NCBI GenBank assembly: GCA_944343275.1
Contig: CALVMH010000003.1
Location: forward strand, 31,632 to 95,631
DNA: 64,000 nt
Direction of reading: 5' to 3'
Source of the DNA: an uncultured Clostridia bacterium
GTDB taxonomy: Bacteria > Bacillota > Clostridia > Christensenellales > Borkfalkiaceae
Shown here: positions 19,011 through 27,711 of the stretch, one piece after another
How the letters are laid out: every line of letters begins with the position of its first letter
Numbering within the stretch: the stretch's first letter is position 1
The notes under the pieces: model-generated
Databases searched by the model: none
The model's input: only the letters and a program-made list of their open reading frames with translations
Told to the model about the DNA's origin: nothing
Made by a program: the position numbers and the translations under genes

Positions 19011-19625
19011 ACAAAACGAAAATAACTTTCATGAAACGTTATTGAAAAACAAGGAAGGATGGTCCGATGCACAAGTAACTTGCCCAAGGGCAACCGAACG
19101 AGCGGCAGACACGGAATGTCTGTCATCGCAGGGAGACAGGGCGAAGGAAGAAACGTCTCCGAAAAATTCATGAAAAGGGAGGTACTCGACGATGTTCAGG
19201 TTCATTTCCCAAGGATTGAAGATTTCGTAGAAGGAGGACAGACCAATGTACAATTCCACCCGGAGGGCGGAGAAGTAATTCGGCTTTGAAGATATACGCG
19301 GCGGAAACAAGTGCCGCGACGGGTTCTGACCCAGATATACAAGAGCGGAAGCCGAGACTCTCTCCCACCCGCACAACGGACCGAAGAGGACGGAACCACG
19401 GATCCCGATGGTCTGCCGCAGATGCGTTACCCCGTAGAGACGCTTTGCGGAAGAAAATCGGCAGGCTTACAGGACGATGCAACCGGTGGCATCCGAATGC
19501 AGGCAGGCAAGGGATTCGCCGAAGCCTTCGGCGAGGGACGCGGGCGGCGCAGGGAATTCTCTGCCCGGATCACAACTTCATCACGATAACACTCCCCCGT
19601 GCGGTTGCGCGGGGGTTATGTTTTG
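19011..19625 (+). ncRNA. candidate large (~615 nt) structured non-coding RNA, class unassigned
   Basis: Bounded by the promoter above and an intrinsic terminator (19594-19625). No credible ORF is present: the frames are Arg-rich or low-complexity. It looks visibly less GC-rich than the flanking genes. Many local hairpins occur, including 19021-19043, 19104-19124, 19132-19160, 19297-19318, 19476-19493 and 19516-19534. The next gene downstream is convergent, so this is not a 5' leader. Confidence 0.6.
19594..19625 (+). terminator. intrinsic terminator ending the candidate ncRNA
   Basis: CCCCCGUGC-GGUU-GCGCGGGGG followed by UUAUGUUUUG. Confidence 0.75.
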
Positions 19626-19861
19626 CCCTCTCCCACCGCGCTGCCGCGAACGTTCGCCAGGCATGCCGCCTTGCGGCAACCGCACGGGGAACGCCAAAAG
19701 CGCCTACCCTGCGGCACAGGCGCAGGGCAGAGGACCATGGCTTTGCCGTGCGGAAACGGGAACGGTTGCGCTCAGAATGACAATGCGGGGCATTCTTCTC
19801 TCCCCGCATAGGTTTCCTGCAAACAACGCAGCATTTTTGCGGGATTTTCGCAGAGAAAACA

Positions 19862-19900
19862 AGAAACATAGCAATAAGCCCCGCGTAAAGCGGGGCTTAT
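19862..19900 (-). terminator. intrinsic terminator of the S8/LRR/Opp operon
   Basis: Hairpin AUAAGCCCCGC-(5 nt)-GCGGGGCUUAU at 19874-19900, 17 nt after the last stop codon. On the minus strand it is followed by UGCUAUGUUUCUUGUUUUC. Confidence 0.75.
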
Positions 19901-19916
19901 TTCGATCATCATCAAA

Positions 19917-20159
19917 TTAACGAAGCCAAAGCCAGAGCAGCAAAAAGGTTATGCCGAAGCCAAACAAAATGGCGAGGAAGCGCGGCAGATAGGCAAGATA
20001 GCCCGCGCGGATCAGGGCGCGCTTTTCCTTGCGCGTCGGCTTATCCTCTTCGTTCACCTTTTTCCCGCGGTCGGGACGGTACCACGGCATGCCTTCCACA
20101 TTCATGTCGGCGACCGTTCTGCCGTCGTCCCATTCAGGCAGCTGCTTCTTTTTCATCAC
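19917..20159 (-). CDS. small membrane protein (hypothetical), last gene of the operon
   Basis: 80 aa with a basic/acidic N-terminal part and one C-terminal TM segment (YLPRFLAILFGFGITFLLLWLWL). AGGAG lies 6-9 nt upstream of GTG 20159 / ATG 20156, and the start is 4 nt after the OppF-like stop. Confidence 0.55.
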   Translation of the reverse strand: MMKKKQLPEWDDGRTVADMNVEGMPWYRPDRGKKVNEEDKPTRKEKRALIRAGYLAYLPRFLAILFGFGITFLLLWLWLR

Positions 20160-20162
20160 AGA

Positions 20163-21329
20163 TCACTCCTGCGAATACAGATGGCAGGCACACAGATGTC
20201 CGTTGCCGTAGTCGATCAGCTTGGGCGCGACCTCTTTGCAGATGTCCATGCAATGCGCGCAGCGCGTGTGGAACTTGCAGCCCGCAGGCGGATTGGCAGG
20301 GCTGGGGATGTCCCCCTGCAAAATGATCCGCTTGACCTTGTAATGCGGGTCGGGCACGGGAACGGCGGAAAAGAGCGCCTGCGTATAGGGATGCATGGGG
20401 TTGGCGAAGATATCCTTTTTGTCCCCCATCTCCACAAAATTGCCGAGATACATGACGCCAACCCTGTCCGAGATGTGCTGCACGACGGACAAATCGTGGG
20501 AGATGAACAGATAGGTGAGCTTGCGGTCCTTTTGCAGCTCCATCAAAAGGTTGACGATCTGCGCCTGAATGGAGACGTCGAGCGCCGAGACGGGTTCATC
20601 GCAGACGACGAACTTCGGATTGAGCGCCAGCGCACGGGCAATGCAGATACGCTGCCGCTGCCCGCCCGAAAATTCATGGGGATAGCGGTCAAAGTAGAAA
20701 TCCTGCAAGCCGCAGTGCCGCATGACGGAGATGACGTAATCCCTGTATTCGGATTTCGGAACGACGCCGTGCACTTTCACCGCTTCGCCGATGATCTCCC
20801 CGACGGGCATGCGGGGCGGCAGGCTGGAATAGGGGTCCTGAAAGACGATCTGCATCTGCGGACGCAGAGCGCGCATCGCCTTCCCCTTGACGGACGTGAT
20901 GTCCTGCCCCTCAAAATACACCTTTCCCGCCGTGATGTCGTGCAGGCGCAGGATGCTCCTGCCCATCGTGGACTTGCCGCAGCCCGATTCGCCGACGATG
21001 CCGAGCGTCTGCCCGTAAGGAACATCGAAGGAGACGCCGTCCAACGCCCGCGTATACGTCTTTTTATATTCGAGCTTGCGCTTGGTGCGCATGAGAGGCG
21101 CGCCGTTTTCGTCCGTAGGCGGCTCCTGCCCCTCCTTTGCCTCCACGGGAACGCTCTCTTTGACGAGCTTCCACTCCTTGCGGATGAGGAAGTGCTTTTT
21201 CAGCCCTCTGACTTCCAGGATGTTCGCGGGGTCGTGCACGAACGGCTCTTCCCGTTCTGCACCCGGTGCGCCGTCCGCTGCCGCGCAGGGCGGCTGTGCC
21301 GCGACTTCCTCGCGCCGTTCTTCGCTCAT
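20163..21329 (-). CDS. ABC transporter ATP-binding protein, OppF/DppF-like, with N-terminal extension and insertion
   Basis: Walker [10 protein letters not shown], signature FSGGQRQRICIARAL, Walker B FVVCDEPVSALD, and an Opp-type C-terminal Cys motif (CKFHTRCAHCMDIC). Start ATG 21329 forms an ATGA overlap with the upstream stop. Confidence 0.9.
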   Translation of the reverse strand: MSEERREEVAAQPPCAAADGAPGAEREEPFVHDPANILEVRGLKKHFLIRKEWKLVKESVPVEAKEGQEPPTDENGAPLMRTKRKLEYKKTYTRALDGVSFDVPYGQTLGIVGESGCGKSTMGRSILRLHDITAGKVYFEGQDITSVKGKAMRALRPQMQIVFQDPYSSLPPRMPVGEIIGEAVKVHGVVPKSEYRDYVISVMRHCGLQDFYFDRYPHEFSGGQRQRICIARALALNPKFVVCDEPVSALDVSIQAQIVNLLMELQKDRKLTYLFISHDLSVVQHISDRVGVMYLGNFVEMGDKKDIFANPMHPYTQALFSAVPVPDPHYKVKRIILQGDIPSPANPPAGCKFHTRCAHCMDICKEVAPKLIDYGNGHLCACHLYSQE

Positions 21330-22837
21330 GCCTTCCCCTCCTTTGCCTCCGCCGCGCGGTAGCACGCCACGAAATGCGTGGGCGATACCTGCACGAGGGG
21401 CGGATACTGACCGTCGCACGCCTTGATGCAGACGTCGCAGCGATCCTTAAAGTAACAGCCATCGGGCATATCGATGGGATTGGGCACCTGCCCGTGGATG
21501 CTGTACAGCTGATCGACGTCCCTGTTGATGACGGGCTTGCTCTTCTGCAAACCGACGGTATAGGGGTGCATGGGGCGGTCGAAGATGTCCTCCACGGTCC
21601 CCTTTTCGATGATGCGCCCCGCATACATGACGACGACGTAGTCCGCCATGCCCGCGATGACGCCCAGATCGTGCGTGATGAGCATGATGGAACCGTTGAT
21701 CTTGTCCTTGATCTCTTTGAGAAGATCGAGCACCTGCGCCTGAATGGTGACGTCGAGCGCCGTGGTCGGCTCGTCCGCGATGATGAGCTTGGGGTTGCAG
21801 GCGAGCGCCATGGCGATCATGACGCGCTGCCGCATGCCGCCCGAAAGCTCGTGCGGATAGCACTTATAGACGTTGTCCGGCATGGCGATACCGACGAGTT
21901 TGAGCATCTCGATGGAGCGGTTTTTCGCCATCTCCCTGTCTGCGCCCGGGGTATGCAGCAGCACGACTTCGTCGAGCTGATTGCCGATGGTGAAGAGCGG
22001 ATTGAGGCTGGTCATCGGCTCCTGGAAGATCATTGAGATCTCCTTGCCGCGGATGCGCTGCATGGCGCTTGTGGGCATTTTTGCGATATCGTAGACCTTG
22101 TCCACCCTTTCGAAGGCGGGGAAGCCGTTGCCGTCCTTGTCCTGCACGAGGCGGAAGAGCGGCGCGCCGCTCTTGTCGGTGAGCTGCTCGCCCTTTTTGC
22201 CGGGAACGGGCTCCATGCAGATGACGCGCTCTCCTTCGGCGACGGTGAACGCCTCGCCGCGCGTTCCGACGGGCGTGCCCGTCTTTTTGTCGAGAACGGG
22301 GTTTCCCTTCTTGTCCAGGGCGGGGCAGAATCTGTACGCCTGCGCGCCCGCTTCTTCATACACCCAGATGGGGATCGGCTTGCCGTCCTCCCCGCGCCGA
22401 TAATCCTGCGAGGCGAAGCGGATGGAGCCGCTCACGATCTGACCCTGCGGCGCCTGCACGAGCTGCATGACGGAAAGGGACGTCACCGACTTGCCGCAGC
22501 CCGATTCGCCGACGACGCCGACGACGGAACGCTTGGGCACCTCGAACGTGACGCCGTCCACCGATTTGGCGACGCCCGCATCGGTGAAGAAATAGGTGCG
22601 CAAGTCCTCGATCTCAAGGATGTTCCCGTCGTCCTTCATCTCGGAGAGGAACTCCCCTTCCTCGACGCGGCGGCGCTTCTTCTTTTCGTATTCGCGCGTT
22701 GTTTTGAAGTTCTCGCGCGCGATGCGGCGGGCTTCCTTGCCCGAAATGTAGTGCGGGTCGTTTTTATGCGTCACCCGCCCGTACCACGCTTGGAAGCGTT
22801 CGGAAAGCGATTTTTTCGTATTCTTCTCGTCCGCCAT
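21326..22837 (-). CDS. ABC transporter ATP-binding protein, OppD/DppD-like, with ~75-aa N-extension and ~105-aa insertion
   Basis: Walker [11 protein letters not shown]-loop ISMIFQEP, signature [15 protein letters not shown], Walker [13 protein letters not shown], and C-terminal [14 protein letters not shown]. The protein is 503 aa. Confidence 0.9.
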   Translation of the reverse strand: MADEKNTKKSLSERFQAWYGRVTHKNDPHYISGKEARRIARENFKTTREYEKKKRRRVEEGEFLSEMKDDGNILEIEDLRTYFFTDAGVAKSVDGVTFEVPKRSVVGVVGESGCGKSVTSLSVMQLVQAPQGQIVSGSIRFASQDYRRGEDGKPIPIWVYEEAGAQAYRFCPALDKKGNPVLDKKTGTPVGTRGEAFTVAEGERVICMEPVPGKKGEQLTDKSGAPLFRLVQDKDGNGFPAFERVDKVYDIAKMPTSAMQRIRGKEISMIFQEPMTSLNPLFTIGNQLDEVVLLHTPGADREMAKNRSIEMLKLVGIAMPDNVYKCYPHELSGGMRQRVMIAMALACNPKLIIADEPTTALDVTIQAQVLDLLKEIKDKINGSIMLITHDLGVIAGMADYVVVMYAGRIIEKGTVEDIFDRPMHPYTVGLQKSKPVINRDVDQLYSIHGQVPNPIDMPDGCYFKDRCDVCIKACDGQYPPLVQVSPTHFVACYRAAEAKEGKA

Positions 22838-22840
22838 GAC

Positions 22841-23974
22841 TCACCTCTTCATCTTGGGATCGAGCGCGTCCCGCAGTCCGTCGCCGATGAAGTTAAAAGA
22901 CAGCACGGCGAGAATGATCATGATGCCGGCAGGCAGCCAATCCATCGGATAGTAATTGAGGATGCTTGTGTTCTGTGTGGCGCGCTGCACCATCTGCCCC
23001 CACGACGCCATGTCGGGCGCAACGCCGAGCCCCAAAAAGCTGAGCGTCGCCTCGTAGAGGATGATGGAACCAAGCCCGAGCGTCATGGAGACGATGAGCT
23101 GCGGCATGACGTTTGGAACGAGGTGATGGAAAATCTTGCGCATCGGGCTCATGCCGAGCGCTTCCGCGGCGACGATGTACTCCTGCTCCCGCAGGAACAA
23201 AATCTGTCCGCGCACGAGGCGGGCAACGCCCGTCCAGCTCAGCAGCGCCAAAAATCCGAGCATAAAGTAAATGCGGAAGGCGAGGTCGAGCTGCGCGCCG
23301 TCATAGATGGCGCCTAAAATGAGCAGAATGGGAAGGCTCGGGATACAGTTCAAAATATCCACGATCCGCATGATGATCATGTCCACCCACTTGCCGAAAT
23401 ACCCCGCAAGTCCGCCCAGAATGACGCCGATGACGGTATAGATGACGACGACCAGAAAGCTCAGGATGAGCGAAAGCCTGCCGCCGTACATCAAGCGGAC
23501 AAAGATGTCGTACCCGTTCTCGTCGGTGCCCAGAAGGTGCAGCCGCGCGGGCTGCATGGTTCCGTCGGAATCCTCATAGGGCTTGCTGTATGTGAACGCG
23601 CCCGCATGAATGTTGGTCTCCGGGGTATAGTTCTCAATGAGATAGACGGTGTACCACTCGCCGTTCTCGTCCTGCGCCTGGACCTCGAAGATGTTGAGGA
23701 CGGGCTGCCCGCCCGTGCGGTCCACCTCCGATTCCCCCCACGGGACGAACAGCGGCCCCAGGAAGGAGAACAGCAGCAGGAATATGAACATGCACAGCCC
23801 CACGATGGAGAGCTTGGAACGGAAAAAGCGCTTTAAGACAAGGTGCGCGGGCGAGAGGATGCGCGTTCTGTCGGCAATGGACTCTTGCGCCGCCTCAGGC
23901 GTTTCAGGCTCTTCTTCGGGCAGCTGCGGCGCGTTCGGTCCGCGCTCCGTGATCTCTTCGGTAAATTCTTCCAC
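22841..23974 (-). CDS. ABC transporter permease, OppC/DppC-like, with enlarged first external loop
   Basis: HLLGTDENGYDIFVRLMYGGRLSL, an EAA-type loop (AAEALGMSPMRKIFHHLVPNV) and six TM segments. The start is GTG 23974 after AGGAG. Confidence 0.85.
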   Translation of the reverse strand: MEEFTEEITERGPNAPQLPEEEPETPEAAQESIADRTRILSPAHLVLKRFFRSKLSIVGLCMFIFLLLFSFLGPLFVPWGESEVDRTGGQPVLNIFEVQAQDENGEWYTVYLIENYTPETNIHAGAFTYSKPYEDSDGTMQPARLHLLGTDENGYDIFVRLMYGGRLSLILSFLVVVIYTVIGVILGGLAGYFGKWVDMIIMRIVDILNCIPSLPILLILGAIYDGAQLDLAFRIYFMLGFLALLSWTGVARLVRGQILFLREQEYIVAAEALGMSPMRKIFHHLVPNVMPQLIVSMTLGLGSIILYEATLSFLGLGVAPDMASWGQMVQRATQNTSILNYYPMDWLPAGIMIILAVLSFNFIGDGLRDALDPKMKR

Positions 23975-23984
23975 AGCGTTGCTC

Positions 23985-24983
23985 CTATTTTGTGATCTTG
24001 ATACGGGGGTCGACGATCATGTACGTGATGTCGGAAAGCAGCGTGCCGATGACCGTCAGCAGGGCGATGAACATATTGTACCCCATGATGAAGGGAATGT
24101 CGCCGAGCGTCAGGGCGCGGTAGGCGATCTGCCCGATGCCGGGCAGTGCGAACACCTGTTCGAGGATCATCATGCCGCCGAACAGGCTGGGCACGATCCC
24201 CGCCATCATCGTGACGATGGGCACCATCGTGTTGCGGAAGACGTGCTTGTAGATGACGGCATGTTCGGAAAGCCCCTTTGCGCGCGCCGTGCGGATATAG
24301 TCCTGATTGAGCACTTCCAGCGTGTTGGTGCGCGCGTGCCGCATGAGCCCGCCGATGGACACGATGGTGATGGCGAGCATGGGCAGCACGATGTGCCAGA
24401 GCTGATTGAAAAACAGCCCCACGGGGTCCCCCGCCCAATTGACCGTGACGTCCTGCAAGCCGTTGACGGGGAACCAGCCGAGGTCGACCGCAAACACTTT
24501 GATGAGCAGGATGGCGATAAAGAAGGACGGGAAGGAGATGCCGATCATCGCAAGAACGGTGGTGGCATAGTCCAGCGCGCCGTACTGACGGGTCGCTGCC
24601 TTGATGCCGAGCGGGATGGCGATGGCAAATTGCAGGATGTATGCCGCCAGCGCGATGCCGAAGGACACCCACATGTGCTCGGAAATGACCTCCGTCACGG
24701 GCCTGTCGTAGAGGAAGGAGGTGCCCATGTCCCCACGGAACATGGCGCTGAGCCACCCCCAATAGCCGCGGCAGATGCCGAGGAAGGAATCGTCCTCCAA
24801 GCCGTACAGCTTTTTGATGCGGTAGAGCTCCTCTTCGTCGATGGTCCCCTGCAAGGAAGAGTGCAGGAACTTCTGCTCGACATAGTTCATGGGCAAAAGC
24901 CTGATGAGCAGGTAGAGCAGCATGGAGACGATGAGCAGGATGAGCGCGGAATAGAGCACGCGCTTGACGATATATTTTACCAT
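23985..24983 (-). CDS. ABC transporter permease, OppB/DppB-like
   Basis: MVKYIVKRVLYSALILLIVSMLLYLL..., YIRTARAKGLSEHAVIYKHVFRN (EAA motif). Start ATG 24983 follows GGAGAA. Confidence 0.9.
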   Translation of the reverse strand: MVKYIVKRVLYSALILLIVSMLLYLLIRLLPMNYVEQKFLHSSLQGTIDEEELYRIKKLYGLEDDSFLGICRGYWGWLSAMFRGDMGTSFLYDRPVTEVISEHMWVSFGIALAAYILQFAIAIPLGIKAATRQYGALDYATTVLAMIGISFPSFFIAILLIKVFAVDLGWFPVNGLQDVTVNWAGDPVGLFFNQLWHIVLPMLAITIVSIGGLMRHARTNTLEVLNQDYIRTARAKGLSEHAVIYKHVFRNTMVPIVTMMAGIVPSLFGGMMILEQVFALPGIGQIAYRALTLGDIPFIMGYNMFIALLTVIGTLLSDITYMIVDPRIKITK

Positions 24984-25019
24984 GGTTTTCTCCGTTGTGC
25001 GCGTGCGCGCCGCAAGACG

Positions 25020-27683
25020 TTACTGCGCGTAGCTGAGCAGCCAGATCTTGGAGAGCGGGCTCTGGAACGCGCTCGATTCGTCGAAGAGCTTGAGCGTTGC
25101 TTCGTCAAAAAGTCCGCGCTGGAAGACGTAGAGCGTCTTGCGCTGATAGAGCGGGAACTCGACGGCAAGCTCCATGACAAGATCCAGCGCGCTCATGTTG
25201 TTCGGATCGCCGGTCGGGTTCTCGGTCACTGCTCCGCTTTCCGGATCCGACACATAGTAAGGCGCTGCACCGGGCGCGGATACCGAATAGGCTTCTTTGC
25301 GGCCTTCAAATTCCGACGTCTCTCTGCCCTCCTCGATTTTATCGGCAAGGAGATCGAGCAATTGCCTGTCAAATGCGCGTTCGGTGTCCGTGCTGCGCTC
25401 GATGGTCGGGAAGCCCCAATTGAGGATACTCGTTGCGGAGGAATCCTTATGATAGACCTGATACATATCGGGGTCGGAGGAGGAACTCCATGCCGCCGCC
25501 CAGATGGACAGCCCGCCGCTTGCCAGCTTGGAGAGCGCCGTGGAGTCGGTGGTCACCGTGGCGTCGACACCACATGCGGAGAGGATCTCCGCCGCCCTCA
25601 GGAAGGTGTTATAGGCGGGGTGGTCGGTCGTCTCGCCCGCAATGGTAAAGGTCAGTTTCAGCTGCGCCCCCTTGCTGTCCTTCAATGTTACTCCGTCATA
25701 CGTATATCTCGCCATCCCCGCATAAGTCAGGAAGGTCTTGCCCGACTCATCGTAGGGATAGTACTCTTGGGCGTCTTCGGGATAGTACGATTCCTCTTCC
25801 CCTTCGGCGTTGTACCCTTTCAGCATGGTGGACATCGGACGATAGATGATGCTTGCGAAATTTCCGCCACTGTAGTAGTCACTGACAAGCTTCGTGTTGA
25901 ACGTCGTCATGATGCCCTTGCGCAGATAGATGTTGTCGATCTTGTCTGCATTGATGCCGATATAACCGTAGCCGAGGGTATCCGTCATCCTGTAATCCAG
26001 CGCATTCCTGTCGCCGCCCGTGAGATTTCCATATAATTCATTGGTGACGGAGGGCGACCCGAAGTGCACGCCGCCCGTCCGGACCGTCTCATAGACAAGG
26101 GACTGCGACACGACCTGATAGCTCAAAAACCTGATCTTCGGCGCGCCGAGCAGGAAAGCATCGTTGCGTTCGAGATAGGCGGTGTTGTTCTTATAAAACT
26201 CCTCTTTGGAAATGCGGTCGGTGGCGCTGCTGCCGCCCTCGCGCGTGGCGCGGTAGGGTCCCGCGCCGAGGGGGACCTGGTTGCGGCGGATCGTGTTCAT
26301 GAAATCGGTATCCGACCAGGAGACGGCAAAGTTGTTGTCCTCCAATTGGAACACGGGATCGCCGATCTTGGAGTTGTTTGTATATTGAAACTCATCCGCA
26401 TTCGGCGAATAGTAGTGCATGGGCGCCACGGAGAAGGAGAAGTTCTGGATGGCTTTGGGGTCCTCGCCGTTGATGCGGATGTGCAGCACGTCGAGCGGTT
26501 TTTCAAAGGTCTTGCCGTCGTTATAGCCGCCGAGGTTGCCCTCCGCAATGCTGTCCTGATCAAACAAAATCTCAATGCCGCTGACCTCTTTGACGCGCAG
26601 TTCGCCGTCTTGGAGCGTCGAACGGGATGCCTCTGCAAGCAAATAATTATAAAACGTATTTGCCGTGGCACGATACGTGATGATGTCATACAAACTGTCA
26701 CGATATGCCTTCGATGCAGAACTTCTTCCCAATCCGATATTGAGTTCGTAAATATACTTGATGAGCGTCTCTTTGGAATAATCTTTCACGGCGTTTTCAT
26801 AATCGCGGATAAGCTCATATTTTTTATTTCCGTTCGAATCGGAAGTCTGCTTGACCGTGATCTGACCGTACTCATACAAAAAGATTTCCCATTTATTCTT
26901 AAAGCCCCATTTCTCGTAAATGCTATCCTTTAATTCCGTATTCATTGCCGTCGTCCAGCTGGTCTCCAATTCCTCTTGGAAGAGCCGTTCGACTTCGTCC
27001 ACCTGCTTTTTCATGACGGAATCTTCGTCATTGATCGTCGAAGCGGGGTAAGAGGGATCGTTTTCGTCCGCCTCTGCCCAAGTTTGCATATCTTGCAGCC
27101 ATCCGTCGGCGATACCCTTGACTTCGGTATCAAAACCCTCGGTATCGGATGCACCCTCCTGCTGCGTTCTGTATGCGGCAAGCCCCTGAATGTCAACGGA
27201 ATACATGGTGGCAGACCCCGTATAGTAGGGGTCGAGATACATGTAGATGTTGAACAGCACGTCTTTATACGTGAGGGGTGTGCCGTCGCTGAACGTCAGA
27301 CCGTCTTTGAGGGCAAAGTAGTAGTCGGTATAATAGTTTTCGTAGGGATTCGCAACCCCTTCCTGATAGTTATCCCGTGAGCCCGTGCGCTTGACGCTGT
27401 ACGCATAGGAGACGCAGGGCTCTCCGTCGCCCGCCGTGGGCAAGCCGTTTTTATCGCTTGCGAGCATGCCGATCTGCGTCTGCGCGACCACGTCGCCGTC
27501 CGGCTGCGAAGTATAGAAGAAGGGATTGAACACGCCGTCGAACAAGTCGCTTGCGACGGAGAGCGGCGTCGACTCGTTATCCGCCTTCTTTTTGCACGCC
27601 GAGAGCAGCACGGACGCCGTGCTCAATGTCAGCGCCGCCGCCACCGTGATCGCCACCGTGCGCTTTTTCTTGGATGTTATCAT
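25020..27683 (-). CDS. family-5 (OppA-like) ABC substrate-binding lipoprotein, unusually large (887 aa)
   Basis: Lipobox LLSAC after a basic N-terminus. SBP_bac_5-type segments are scattered through the sequence (LTFSDGTPLTYKDVLFNIYMYLDP, GAGPYRAT, YIGINADK, SIWAAAWSSSSDPDMYQVYH). Start ATG 27683 follows AGGAGG. Confidence 0.8.
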   Translation of the reverse strand: MITSKKKRTVAITVAAALTLSTASVLLSACKKKADNESTPLSVASDLFDGVFNPFFYTSQPDGDVVAQTQIGMLASDKNGLPTAGDGEPCVSYAYSVKRTGSRDNYQEGVANPYENYYTDYYFALKDGLTFSDGTPLTYKDVLFNIYMYLDPYYTGSATMYSVDIQGLAAYRTQQEGASDTEGFDTEVKGIADGWLQDMQTWAEADENDPSYPASTINDEDSVMKKQVDEVERLFQEELETSWTTAMNTELKDSIYEKWGFKNKWEIFLYEYGQITVKQTSDSNGNKKYELIRDYENAVKDYSKETLIKYIYELNIGLGRSSASKAYRDSLYDIITYRATANTFYNYLLAEASRSTLQDGELRVKEVSGIEILFDQDSIAEGNLGGYNDGKTFEKPLDVLHIRINGEDPKAIQNFSFSVAPMHYYSPNADEFQYTNNSKIGDPVFQLEDNNFAVSWSDTDFMNTIRRNQVPLGAGPYRATREGGSSATDRISKEEFYKNNTAYLERNDAFLLGAPKIRFLSYQVVSQSLVYETVRTGGVHFGSPSVTNELYGNLTGGDRNALDYRMTDTLGYGYIGINADKIDNIYLRKGIMTTFNTKLVSDYYSGGNFASIIYRPMSTMLKGYNAEGEEESYYPEDAQEYYPYDESGKTFLTYAGMARYTYDGVTLKDSKGAQLKLTFTIAGETTDHPAYNTFLRAAEILSACGVDATVTTDSTALSKLASGGLSIWAAAWSSSSDPDMYQVYHKDSSATSILNWGFPTIERSTDTERAFDRQLLDLLADKIEEGRETSEFEGRKEAYSVSAPGAAPYYVSDPESGAVTENPTGDPNNMSALDLVMELAVEFPLYQRKTLYVFQRGLFDEATLKLFDESSAFQSPLSKIWLLSYAQ

Positions 27684-27711
27684 AGTTGGATTCCTCCTGA
27701 TTTTCTGTTGG

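Noticed and set aside
19067-19282. Mini-ORFs with good Shine-Dalgarno spacing inside the ncRNA candidate: MHK (ATG at 19067), MFRFISQGLKIS (ATG at 19191), MYNSTRRAEK (ATG at 19246), and a 39-aa frame starting at 19170.
   Set aside because: They are very short. No downstream gene exists that they could regulate. The SD-like GGAGG/AAGGA elements are part of a general GGA-rich pattern across the RNA. Translation cannot be excluded without Ribo-seq, so I do not call them as CDS.
19040-19300. RNase P-like and tmRNA-like fragments inside the candidate ncRNA: GGAUGGUCCGAUG / UUCGGCUUU (P4-like with a bulged U), AUUCCACCCGGAG, and GGAUUCGCC...GGACGCGGG.
   Set aside because: The invariant GAGGAAAGUCC and ACAGAA..GGCUUA contexts are absent. 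The pieces lie far too close together for an RNase P fold. There is no tRNA-like acceptor/T-arm and no tag ORF for tmRNA. I treat the matches as chance resemblance, and cmsearch should confirm this.
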